64,000 nucleotides of DNA from Eukaryota sp. GEM-RC1. Lineage: Eukaryota. Numbering within the stretch: position 1 is the stretch's first letter; each line of letters opens with the position of its first letter. Both the position numbers and the translations under genes were made by a program. A model generated the notes under the pieces. The model was given only the letters and a program-made list of their open reading frames with translations, was not told the origin of the DNA and ran no database searches. The stretch lies in the NCBI GenBank assembly GCA_040285855.1, contig JAUFOQ010000002.1, forward strand, positions 3,100,001 through 3,164,000. The letters run 5' to 3'. Positions 1 through 11,415 of this stretch are shown here, piece by piece.

Positions 1-349
1 GTTGTTTTTTCTTAGTAATTATTGTAGCGTTTTTTGTTGATGATCTCTGCTTGTATACAATAGGTATACGAATGCATGGAACAATACTATTTATAATCCT
101 CTTGATTTCTGTGGGGCAACACACATAAGTAATTGGTTGTTGAATGTCACACGTGATAGGATAAAGCACTGCATTACGCTGTTTGAAAACATCGCTCTAT
201 CGAGTGATTGATTCAATTCAATCTCTTGTTACAACATAAGCCTCCCAATACCTCCATGAGAAATATTCAGAGCATGTACATACATTAAAATTCAGAGTGA
301 AGAGTAATTAATGATTCAATTTTGCCTGCACATTCCGTAGCATTCACCA

Positions 350-2148
350 ATGGCTCATATCGAAGCCCTAAAACGCTCTTGGTTCAGTGACTTTGTCATT
401 CGCCAATCTGGACCCTTTACATCTTCATTCTTTCAACTGAACAAAGATCACAGCCCCATTGTCAACTTCATTGTCCGATCTATCCATATATGGGATGAAT
501 TCTCATCTCCTCAGCAACTAATTGTTGCGGATGAGCTATTCCTGATAAATCGCTTCCATCAACCCATAACAGGTTTATCTGCATTCTTCAATGTTTGTTT
601 CTACACCCCATCTTCATAATCCCAGAACTACAACGTTCCAATCTCACGTACCCTCCCCCAATGTTCCTTCTCAAGAGAAATCCTACTCAACTCCCAGTCT
701 GCTACTACTGTTTCATCCCCAATAGTCAAATCCCAACTTCATTCCCTATTGTATGACGTCATCTCAGAATCTCATCACAGCAACATCGACTGCACAACTA
801 CCGAGGCTATATTCTCACTCTCAATTGACTCACAAGATCACAACAATCTGTACTCTCTCATCATTTGGCTTCCACTGGTTCACTCACTAGAGACATTGTC
901 AATTGATGACCAGGATTTCAGAGTTGAAGGTGTTGACTGTGTACGGGAAAAAGTGAGTGGGAAAAGGCTCACGATTAATTCCTTCTCCCGATCATCAAAC
1001 TTTGACACTCCGAATCTATTCCGAACTCTGCCAATCAAAGTTGATATCAAGTTGACCTTCAGCTCAATAATGGCTGACAAAGTATTCCTAAAAACGACAA
1101 CAATGTTTATCTCTACAGATACGATAGAAGATCTTCCAGAAAGTAAAATCTGTTTGCACGATCACGTGCTGGATCAATACCACCTCACAGTCACTCAACA
1201 TGATTTTAAGCGAAACATTTTCAATAATGGAACTGTTGATATGATATCTTCTGGTTGTGAATTAGATTTGAATTCATCTGCTAACGTTTATTTCGTTGGA
1301 AGTCAGCCGAATAGTCTCCCAAAAGTCAATGGGGGTTAAATCAATTCGATCAGCAAAACTAGAGCAAAAACTTCGTGATTTGGTGAATCTTCCGGCATCT
1401 ACAATGCTTAATTCCTTAGAGGGAGAATTTGACACATCAATCAAAATAGACAGTTTGATTGAACTAATCATAATCATCACAGATGAGGATTCCTGGCCAA
1501 TGATTAAAACCAATGACCAAAGCATTTGTGTTGTACTTCCAAGGAGTGTTTATCTTCAAAACATCAAGTTTCCCACACTCCTCAAAAATCAATCACGTGA
1601 CAATGATTCAAAATTTAAGAAATCGAAAACTCTTCCAAAAACCATTAAAAATAAGCCGTTGTCAGTATCTGATGCTTTGCCAGGATTACATTTACGATCA
1701 CGATATGTTTACAGAACTCCTGAAACTGCTCAGAAAAAAAGGAAAATCAAAACAGCAGTGAAAAAGAAGAAATTAATGATGATTTGTATTGCGATCTGGC
1801 TCTATTACCTACAGTAATGGTCAAAAAGAAGTGATTGATGACGCGGACTATGGTGAACCCATTCCATTTCCTGATTTAAATTCGTTTTCTAATGATGAAA
1901 ATGAAGAATCAACCACAGAAAAAGAAGAAGAAAAGAAACAGCCAACAGAACAGGTAGAATTTCGATTTAAGAAGAAAATTACAATTGGACCAAACTGCAA
2001 AGTGATTGGATTAAAAACCAATCAAATGATAGGTAAAATGATCCCCATTTATCCGAATATGTCGATTCAAAAATTTAGAGACATATTGCCGAAAATTGAA
2101 CAAAAATTGAAAAAGAAAATCAATATCAAATATCGACTAAAAATGTAA
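350..2148 (+). CDS. Hypothetical protein, one short intron plus apparent frameshifts
   Basis: ORF 350-619 joins ORF 749-1339 in frame through a 33-nt GTTTGT...CCCAG intron (593-625) that removes the stop. Overlapping ORFs 1296-1817 and 1789-2148 continue it. No recognisable domain. Confidence 0.55.
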
Positions 2149-3537
2149 TTTAATGGTTCTACTGCTTTCAGGTTTAGAGTAAAAATCAGAAAGAAAAAGT
2201 TCAACAAAAGGAACAAAAATTGAATCAAACAAATTTTTGTCCTCGTCTTCTGAAAGGGATAGTTGGAAATTATTTAAATGTTTGGATATTTCATTCAGAA
2301 AAACTCGTTCGAAAGTAGAAAATGACAGTTCTTCAAAAATGTGGACAAATTCATAGACACATGTGAAAACGTTTTTAAAATTCTGCATCTTGATCAATTC
2401 ATCCGGAAATTTTGAAAAAATGTCACCTTTTGAAGCATAATTAAACTCAACTCGTTTAACAAAAATGTTATCAGATTGAGAAACTATTAAACCAGTCGCA
2501 AAGTTATTCAACATAATATCTAAAGATGCTCCAAATTTTGTTAGAAATTTAGACAAAGTATCAAGTTCCTTCAGCACAGTAACACACTTTGACAGCGGTT
2601 TCACTTTCCGCGCAAAAATCAACGAAGTGTTCAACAAAACAAAGGCCTCTGCAGCAAAGAAATCAGCAAGTAAACGAGAGTCAACAACTTCATCACTGTC
2701 TAAATCAATCAAAACTGATTGTGAAGGTAGTGATGGGTGATTCACCACGAATACGGAAGTGCACAGACTCAAAACAAACTTATGATTTTTAGATATATCA
2801 TCCATGAAATTTAAATACTGTGATAAAGACGCTTTTTTCAGATCCAAATTTTTCATTAATGTTACAGTTTTTTCATGAAATGCATCGAGCACCCATTTAA
2901 ATATTTGTTCATTATTTACTGGTTGGTCAGTAAAAGATGTGACGATCTTTAAGGTCATAATAGAATTGGCAATAGCTTCAACGTTGTGATCAAACTGATT
3001 GGGATTTTTAACTGATTGCTCCAACTGGAGGGAAAGATCCTTGGCTTGAATCAAACAAGAATCATAGAGCACCATAAACAGTTTCAAACCCTCGGGGGTG
3101 ACGTGATCAATGAGACGGTCCTTGATTTGACGGATTTCAGAAAGAATATCAACCACCAATTTGTAGTCCTTGTTTTGGATTCCAGACTTGAGAAGTGGCG
3201 GAGTGTTGAGAAGAGGATGAAGAGAAGAATAGAGGGAGAAATGATCAGGTAGGTCGTTTTGAAGGGATGATATGATAGAGGAAAGTTCACGAGGAATGGT
3301 GGCAAGAGTTTCTTTGAATTGAGAGAGATGTGAAGGGAGTGTGTGAGATGAGAGAGACGAGAGGGTGAGGGAAGAGGAACGAACTATGTTATAGGATTGG
3401 ATGAGGTCCGGAACATCTGAAAGATGTATACTTAGTGTGTCTTGAAGTTTGGTTTCCAATTCAGACTGGGAATCTTCAAGAGAAGTAATGAAGTCTTTAA
3501 GGTCTTCTAGAGACTGGCATTGTTCAAGTTGGTTCAT
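2137..3537 (-). CDS. CATCHR-family vesicle tethering subunit (COG8/Vps51/Sec5-like)
   Basis: N-terminal coiled coil followed by LLNTPPLLKSGIQNKDYKLVVDI, resembling the L.P..L...I....Y motif of COG8/Vps51/Sec5; long helical ORF; ATG at 3537. Confidence 0.5.
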   Translation of the reverse strand: MNQLEQCQSLEDLKDFITSLEDSQSELETKLQDTLSIHLSDVPDLIQSYNIVRSSSLTLSSLSSHTLPSHLSQFKETLATIPRELSSIISSLQNDLPDHFSLYSSLHPLLNTPPLLKSGIQNKDYKLVVDILSEIRQIKDRLIDHVTPEGLKLFMVLYDSCLIQAKDLSLQLEQSVKNPNQFDHNVEAIANSIMTLKIVTSFTDQPVNNEQIFKWVLDAFHEKTVTLMKNLDLKKASLSQYLNFMDDISKNHKFVLSLCTSVFVVNHPSLPSQSVLIDLDSDEVVDSRLLADFFAAEAFVLLNTSLIFARKVKPLSKCVTVLKELDTLSKFLTKFGASLDIMLNNFATGLIVSQSDNIFVKRVEFNYASKGDIFSKFPDELIKMQNFKNVFTCVYEFVHIFEELSFSTFERVFLNEISKHLNNFQLSLSEDEDKNLFDSIFVPFVELFLSDFYSKPESSRTIKLHF

Positions 3538-3817
3538 AGTTGAGTAGATGAATTGGACAGATTTGAATTGGAAAAGATTTGAAATAATTACTGGAGGAAA
3601 ATTGATGTTGTAAATCACTTACCATCCACTCCTAGTCGGAGCTTGTTCTTTTTTTTGAAACAGTTTTAAACGAGCTCAATAATTCACAGAAAAAACCAAT
3701 TCAGTTGCAGAAAGTTTATACTCAAAAAATGACAAAGATACATTGCATTGATAACAAAAAACGTGGTTTAATTGATTAAGCATACAAAAAACCGAGTACA
3801 TCTTCACACAACAATTG

Positions 3818-3880
3818 GTGATACAACATTTGTAACTACAACATTTGGTGATACAACATTTGGTGATACAACATTTGTAG
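3818..3880. repeat. Short tandem array of a ~14-bp unit (GGTGATACAACATTT)
   Basis: About four directly visible copies of TACAACATTTG. Confidence 0.8.
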
Positions 3881-4294
3881 TGACAACTCATAAGATTTTT
3901 ATATATATAATGCCGTTAAACACAACCAATAAAATATACAATCACAGTTTATCAAACTTAACTACCACTACTATATCCCCCCATCACCCTCGCAAACATC
4001 ACAGCCAACGAAAACGACTCCTTATATCCAATCCTGCAACAATACTCACACATCACTTCACGAAATTCATCCAATATTCCCAAACATTGTTCATCACAAA
4101 TCAATTGATCATTTAAGTCTAGTATCGACACAATAAAAGTACTGGTCAATGACAACACACTAAAGTATTTGTCCCTATCATTCAAATGAAAACTCAAAAT
4201 TTAGGCAATCAATAAATTTACATCTTTTAAAAATTGAAGTTTGGAAGACTGGTTGATGTTGTATCACTTTGGTTCTATTGTAGTGATACTCAGT

Positions 4295-4483
4295 TACAAC
4301 ATTGGTAACACAAGATGTGTAACACAACATTTGTAATACAAGATGTGTAATACAACATTTGTAACACAAGATGTGTTTTACAAGATGTGTAACACAAGAT
4401 GTGTAATACAACATTTGTAACACAAGATGTGTAACACAAGATGTGTAATACAACATTTGTAATACAAGATGTGTAATACAAGA
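4295..4483. repeat. Tandem array of a 13-bp unit (TAACACAAGATGTG / TAATACAACATTTG variants)
   Basis: Roughly 14 consecutive related units; they generate the spurious repetitive ORFs 4178-4495 and the tail of 4290-4952. Confidence 0.85.
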
Positions 4484-4489
4484 TGAAAC

Positions 4490-5990
4490 TATCAAAATTA
4501 CCTATATTGTCCAATCTTTTCAAAATTAAATATAATTCAAATAAAACACACATACCAGTCTTTTCATCATTTTCCAAATACTCTTTCAAAACATGAAACA
4601 ATTCCACAAGCACATCACTACAATAACGTTCATCAACATTATCCCTATTAATCACATCGGTAATGTAACAGTTTCTTATTGTTTTCACTTCCATACTTGA
4701 TGCAGATTCAGATCCAATACAATCTAGTACATTATCGACAATTGACTGAATTCCAATAGTTAAGTTCACTCTCAATTGTTTTGAAGTAGCAACACGATCA
4801 TACTCCAAAATAGGCGACAATGATATTGTTTCATAAGTCACATTGTCAGTTTGTTGATATTCACATATGGAATCACTTTTTTCATTTTCAAAGCTTTCAG
4901 TCTGAACTTCCTTGAGACAAAATCGTTTTTCATCATCAATAAGAGGAAACACTTGGGAACTTTTTTCTTTCTATACCAGCACTGACATTCCTATTTAATA
5001 ATAAATTCTTCGTTGGAAAAGGGGTTTTCTTCAAACGGGGAAGTGATGGTAGAGTAATGTTGCCGCGTGGTAATTGAGGAAGTTTAGACTTTTTCACACA
5101 AATCTCTGGGGAATTTTTGTTAAAAATTGAGTCACAATTAATAAATTTGGGAGGAATATTAGTTTCATCTTCTTCAAGTTCATCATTTACAACAAAATCA
5201 TCTAAACTTGTTGAAATTGTATCACTGTCAGATTCATCACCAGAATCGGATCCTGATAGTAGTGCTTCTGTTTCAAATAAATTCGATTTTTCGAAATGAT
5301 TTTTGTCCAAGTCAATAATCTGATTATCATTATTTTCAATAATTTGTTCATCAACATTATCAACAATAACTTCATCAACAACTTCATCAACACAATGAAC
5401 ATCTTCAGGAACAACCACATCATCCATAATTGGTTCACTCGATTCTGCACAAAAGTTTACAAACAATGAATTAAAATGATTGAAATCTCGTTGAAGACAA
5501 TGTTGATTTCCCAAAACATACAAATCAATAGTGGATGGCTTAACAGGATGAAAAGTTGAATAATACCATTGATACAATTCCAAATTTGGTGCTGGATAAC
5601 TTCTTCCAATGCTTAAAATCTTTAAACTCCTCCAAGACCTAACCCTACTTAAGGTCACATAAAGTTGGGCATATTCCCAAAACTGAATAGCAACTTCAAT
5701 CCCGTCAATTGTTGAACCTTGGGATCGATGCACTGTTATCGCCCAGCAAGGTCTTAGCGGAAACTGAATTCTTTTCGCCACTTGAACAGGTCTTCCGATT
5801 TCGTTCAAGTGTTCGATAGCAAACCTTGACTGACTGATTCTTTTCGGTTCTGCTTCAGCGTTGAACCGAACATCAATATATGTATCTGAAAAATTAACAA
5901 TAACTCCTTTTGAACCATTAACTAGTCCAAGTTCAGGCTTATTTTGAGTGTACATCACTTGTCCACCAAGAACACAGTCAAGTTTTTTAA
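4490..5990 (-). pseudogene. 5'-truncated Pif1-family (SF1B) helicase, C-terminal part
   Basis: GGQVMYTQN...LVNGSKGVI, RIQFPLRPCWAITVHRSQGSTI and QLYVTLSRVRS are Pif1/Helitron-helicase motifs. Walker A/B region is absent; an acidic tail continues through a frameshift into 4490-4952. Confidence 0.85.
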
Positions 5991-6004
5991 TTTAAAACTT
6001 AAAT

Positions 6005-8230
6005 TTGAAATCCAAAAGAATTGTTGCTATTGATCCTAATCAGCATGATTTGATGTACTGTGCTTCTTTAAAATCTAAGGAGGAAAAGAAAATCGAACGT
6101 TTCAATACGTCAGCCAATCTCAGAAGAAGAAAGATTTCTCCAAAATCATCAAAGAAAAAAGGAAGCTTGAAAAAATTAAAAAAAGAATTGAAGGATTGGA
6201 AAGACGCACCCACTATTGACAAACCAACAACTGTCAAATTGAAAAATCGTGATGATTGGAAAGTATTCAGATACACTGCTGGGGAACGCAATGCCGACAT
6301 TAAAAAGTCTCCATGGAAAAGAAAAAAACAAGGAAGGAAAGAAAAAGAGCTAAGAGAAAGAAGAGGAAGCTGGAGAAGAAAATAAGACGATATAATCTCC
6401 ACCGTTTATCTGAATCTGAACGGTTACAACAATACTCTACCCAATTTATTCACATTCCAGATGGCAGACGCATTGACATAAATGGGCAACAAATTTTAGA
6501 TCAATGGGGCTCTAACTCGCCAGGTAGTAAATCTTGTGAATTGACTCAGTATTCTGCTTTTGTTCTTGGTAAAGAAATTACCTGTTCTTTACTACGATCA
6601 CCCACTACTGATCAAAGAACTACAGAAGGAATTTACGAAGAAAAGTGGTTTAGACGGAATCGTCTCACTAGGGGTGTACAAAAACTCGACTCACGTTTAG
6701 ACTCGAGCTGAGTCTAGACTCAGACTTAGGCTCAGACTCAGACTCAGACTCACAATCCTTAAGTCCGACTCAGACTCAGACTCACAATCCTTAAGTCCGA
6801 CTCAGACTCAGACTCAGGTATTTCATATAAAATTATCTTATTAACAACAAACTCTCTAATGAAAGATCTTGCAAGAAAAAAAGTATGTGTTCGTAACGAA
6901 GAACAATCAACTGAGTTAGATGAACTTGATATCTATCTCAGTGATGGACTTATTGAAATGGACCAAGATCCTTTGATATAGTGGAAACTTAATGAATCAA
7001 AGTTCCCTACACTTGCAAGAACATCGCGAATTGCACTATCAGTTCAAGCCTCTAATGTAGCTTCTGAGTCTCTTTTTTCACAGGCTGGAATAGTTGTGAC
7101 TCCTGACAGATTACGTCTAACAGATTTAAATGTTGAAGCATGTGTCTGTCATAAGCGGTGGACAGTAGAATAATAATGGTTAATAATGTACTTAATTAAG
7201 ATTGTTTATGATGTGAAACTCAAGCTCAGACTCAGACTCAGATATTATGAGTGGGACTCAGACTCAGACTCAGATATGGTGAGTCGGACTCAGACTCAGA
7301 CTAGTTGAGTTCGACTCAGACTCAGATACGGTGAGTCGGACTCAGACTCAGACTTACAATAGCTGAGTCCGACTCGAGTCCGACTCGAGTCTTGTACACC
7401 CCTACGTCTCACACAGTATTCAAGAAAGGAACGAAGTGAGAAAAACATGCTTCACAGATTTGCTCTCCAGTTTGGAAACCCAGATGAAGTCGTTGTTGGG
7501 TATGGAGACTGGAACGACACTGCTTTTCGTCGAAGAAGAGGTAAAGCATCGACTGTAAAAGGTGCTTCAATTCGGAAATTATTGAGAAAATTTGGATTTA
7601 AAGTGTTCCTAGTTGATGAATTTAAGACCAGCAAATGTTGCTCTGCATGTGTTTCCAGAAACGACGAAGGTATCTGTTCCAATCCTGAAAGGATAAAAGT
7701 CACTGATCCTCATTGGAAGAAGAAGTTACAGAAGGAAGAGAAAAGAATTAAAAAAGGAAATTATGGAACACAATCAATTAGACAATATTGTGGAGCGTAA
7801 CTTTGATGATGAATGGACCAAACAGTTGTCATTATCAAAAGAAAGATTGAAGAGCAAAAAAGTCTCACCATGGGGCTTAGTTGAATGTGCTAAATGCCAT
7901 GTCCTCTGGAATAGAGACTTCAATTCTGCTATCAATATTTACAATATTGTAAATGGAACCATTCAAGGTCAAGGTAGACCTGCCATCCTCGAGAGACCAA
8001 AATCTCAAACAACACCTGTCGTGGATGGCGGGAATACAGATCAGATTCCTAAGAAAAAGACTGTGAGTAAGGGTAAGGGTAAAGCAAAGCGTCCTCTAAC
8101 AAAAGTCAGAGGTCCTAACAAGTGTGGTATATGTTTTCAACCTGGACATAACAGAGCAACTTGTCCAAATAAGCCTAAGAAAGATGTACCCAAGGACTCA
8201 CATGTAAACCAGAAAGATCAGGAATCTTGA
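6005..8230 (+). pseudogene. Fanzor (TnpB-like RuvC nuclease), 5'-truncated and disrupted by a hAT insertion
   Basis: RuvC-I IVAIDPN (D 6032), VVVGYGDW, RuvC-II LVDEFKTSKCCSAC (E 7618), ECAKCHVLWNRDFNSAINI (D 7916), RPAILER. Removing 6669-7412 restores the frame RNRLTQYSRKERSEKNMLHRF. Frameshifts near 6330 and 7760. Confidence 0.9.
6669..7404 (+). mobile_element. Non-autonomous hAT element
   Basis: TIR TAGGGGTGTACAA...TTGTACACCCCTA; 8-bp TSD CGTCTCAC (6661-6668, 7405-7412); subterminal GACTCA arrays; hAT dimerisation remnant (FPTLARTSRIALSVQASNVASESLFSQAG, ~6920-7170). Confidence 0.95.
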
Positions 8231-8287
8231 ATCTATGAAGTTAGCTCGTCTTAAAAGACTTTGCGAATGAGGACATTTATTTTATAT

Positions 8288-8376
8288 TTGTTCAAACTGT
8301 GAGTTTTGCTCTATATGAGATCATGAAAATGTGAAGGGTTATGCCTTTTGCATTTGGAATGAAATTCACAGAACAA
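8288..8376 (+). ncRNA. Candidate Fanzor omegaRNA scaffold (locus 1)
   Basis: CTGTGAGTTT (8297-8306) pairs with AAATTCACAG (8362-8371), enclosing a 12-bp hairpin with G-U pairs (8327-8338/8344-8355); lies just 3' of the Fanzor stop. Confidence 0.45.
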
Positions 8377-8412
8377 TAAAAATAACAATAATTTCGACAA
8401 AATCTGGCTTCA

Positions 8413-9405
8413 TTATAGATCATCAGTAACAACTTCCCCTTCAGCATTATAGAACTCAGCATCATGTGGTGCATCCAGTTCCTTTAACTTTTCACGTAAC
8501 ACGTCATGAGGAACTGACGACCGCAGCAGCAGAGATGAAGATACCAATGTATCATGATTCTGACGGACAACCAGGAAAGTACTTAGGAGATTAAATGGTT
8601 CATATAGTGATGCAAAGTTGGCAAAGTCAACAAGATACTGGAGATTGTTGGATTTAATGGAGAATGGAGTCCCTTGAAGTTCCATGGTAGAACCAAACTG
8701 TAGCCCAAAGGCATCAGTAAAGAATCGTTTAACAGCGGGCGGTCCATTAGCCTTGAGATGGGTACATTCTAGGGGACTATTGTCTTGGTGTTGATATAGG
8801 AACCAGAAGCGATAGTTGTTGGTCTTCTTTTTCCTGCCGCCGTCTGGCTCTTCCCTTGCCATTAACAGGCTTTGTAGAGATTGCATTGAGGTTTCGAGAA
8901 TGAACATTGGCTTCACGTTGAAGCTCATCTATCAGTTCTTCATCATAGTAGTCAACTATAGAAGGAATGGGATCTAGGTCGGGAGCATTTTCAGCCAGAA
9001 ATTGTTTCAGATAGTCCTCGTCATAAGACGAACGCCATTTGACGCAGTAAGTGACATTGTCACGAAGATCTCTCCGAATTGCAACTAGAGTTTCAAGTTC
9101 AGCAAACGACGGATGTCCAGAACAGAAATGAACGAGTTCCTTAAGATACTAAAGTCAAACAATAAGGTGGAACAAACCTTGATGTTGGTTGTTCGAATAT
9201 TCATCTCAGCACCATTAACTCCGAACCGACCATCAGTCACAATACCGAAAGCTTCTTCAAAGAAAGCTTTAGTAGCAGTACTTCCAGTACCTTTATGAGA
9301 AAAGAACTCAAGGTCAAAGCCAGGTATTTGAAATAGAAAGATGAAAAGATACTCAAAACGACCAGATGGTCGAGACTTCTTGAGAGGAGGTTCGACAGTA
9401 GACAT
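8413..9405 (-). CDS. Hypothetical protein(s) made of two homologous ~150-aa domains
   Basis: 29-nt intron 9149-9177. The spliced first half (KAFFEEAFG...IRTTNIKYLKELVHF) aligns by eye with ORF 8413-8928 (KRFFTDAFG...IKSNNLQYLVDFANF). Confidence 0.6.
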
Positions 9406-9501
9406 TGTAGAAGAAGTTAGTAGACGTGCTGTATTTATCGGTAGGTCTGTACCATTTCAATATTGGAGTCAGTTTGTCATTGTCTTTTATTTCTTTTTCT
9501 T

Positions 9502-11288
9502 ATGTCTAAACGACATGCTTCAACAGAGGACGAACCTCAGAACAAGATAACCAACGATTTTGACGATGATTTTCTTCCTTTTGAGTATGAAGTCTTATCT
9601 GGCGATGCTGCTGCTTCTTTTCTCTCAGATCTTCCCGATCAACCTACCGAGACTCCTTCTACCTCAGAACCCTCCAACAGTGTCCGACTTGCATCCAAGA
9701 AGTCCAAAGAAAGAAAAAAGATCATTAAACAACCCAAAAACACTCTTTCCATGATCCACTCCACGTCAGCAGACGATACAGCATCTTCTTTCGACCTTCA
9801 GTCTTCCCAATGGTACACACAACTCTCACTTCACCCATCACTTTGCTTGTCTCTTCACCACCTCTCTATCAACACCCCCAACCAAGTACAGTTAGCTACT
9901 GTTCCTTTATTCTTTCAAGATCACGATATTGCTGTAGCAGCTGAAACTGGTTCCGGTAAAACCTTCGCCTTTGCTCTTCCTCTTATTCATCTTCTCTTGT
10001 CTGAGAAGTTTTCTCGTAAGGGACCTAATGTGGTGGTGATTGCACCTACTAGAGAATTGTCAACTCAGATCACTGATGTTTTTAAAGTTCTACTGTCATT
10101 TGATGACGCTTTAGCAAAGGAAGTTGTTTGTATTACAGGGGGGTTAGCTCATGAAAAACAAATTAAAATTTTGAACAAAAAAAGACCTAGAATAATTGTT
10201 GGAACTGTTGGAAGATTATTGGAAATTCTATCAAAAGGAATGAGTGATTGGTTGACTGTGGAAAAATTAAATTTTTAAAATATTTGATTATCGACGAAGC
10301 TGACAAATTTGTAAATTCGTTGGATTTGAAATCTTTCTTGGAGAACTTTACATCATCATTTCAAGTTGCTCTTTTCTCAGCTACTTTGGAGGATGAATCT
10401 AATGGAATTGAAAAACTGTGCACAAGGTTATCCATAAATTTAAAAAATCCACAATATTTAGATTTGAGAAGTTCCTTGGTGGTTTCAACTGTTCGCGAGT
10501 ACAAAATGAATGTTGTCTCTCAACAGAAGGATTTGTATCTGTATCAGCTACTTATTGTGTTGTTAGAGTATCTTCAAAATTTTAAAATTTTCATTTTCGT
10601 CAATTCCATCGACTTAGTTAAACGGTTAACCTCTCTTTTAAATCTTCTCCTACCCAACGTCACTGTCTTAGGCATACATGCTAAACTTCAACAAAAAAGC
10701 AGACTAAAAATTTTAGAGAAATTTTCAAATTCTAAAACTCCTTTTCTTTTAGTTACGACAGACGTCTCATCGCGGGGACTTGATATCGAATCAGTTGATT
10801 CAGTGATTCACTACTCGGTACCAAAGACATTGGACGATTACGTTCACAGAACAGGAAGGTCAGCACGTTGTGGAAAAGATGGATCGTCAATCATGTTGTT
10901 GACTCCCGAAGATTTTAAGGCCAAAATCAAAAATGATATTGATTTGATGAGTCTGACGGAGGTTCGTAAGGAACTTTTTCCAATAGTTATGAGTGAACAA
11001 CACACAGTCACCCTTTTAAGTGACAGATTTCGACTGGCAAAGGAAATTGAACAAATGTCGTTTTCATCAACAAAGAAACATATGGAACAGAAAGGAAAAC
11101 TGGCACAAATGGCCAAAGCGGCAGGTTTGGTTGATGAATCAGATGATGAGGACTCAAGAAGACAATCAAAAAAGATGAAGGTCAAATTACGTGAGCTCAA
11201 GCAATCACTTTCAGAATTGATTTCAATGCCATTGGAAGGACGTCGAAAAGGTTTTGTGGTTGTTAATGGTGGTTTAAATACTATTTAA
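9502..11288 (+). CDS. DDX24: DEAD-box RNA helicase, DDX24/MAK5-like (frameshift near 10270)
   Basis: AETGSGKT, PTREL, DEAD, SAT, RGLDI and HRTGRSAR motifs; ITGGLAHEKQ and IFVNSIDLVKRL...HAKLQQKSRLKILEKF resemble DDX24/Mak5. Confidence 0.8.
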
Positions 11289-11415
11289 AATGTGCAAAAT
11301 TTAAATTTATTATAGTTTTTAGTTTTTCAATATACAAATAGCCTGTTTTCAAATAATTTAAATCGACAACGGCGGTGCATTAAAATCCCTAAAAGTTGAT
11401 AGCATTTGTGCACTT

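Noticed and set aside
3676..4495. Cys/Thr-rich repetitive ORFs (3676-3891, 3772-4116, 4178-4495)
   Set aside because: They are translations of 13-14-bp DNA tandem repeats.
6700..7390. Regular GACTCA repeats as a CRISPR array or microsatellite locus
   Set aside because: They are subterminal repeats inside a TIR/TSD-bounded hAT element, with no unique spacers.
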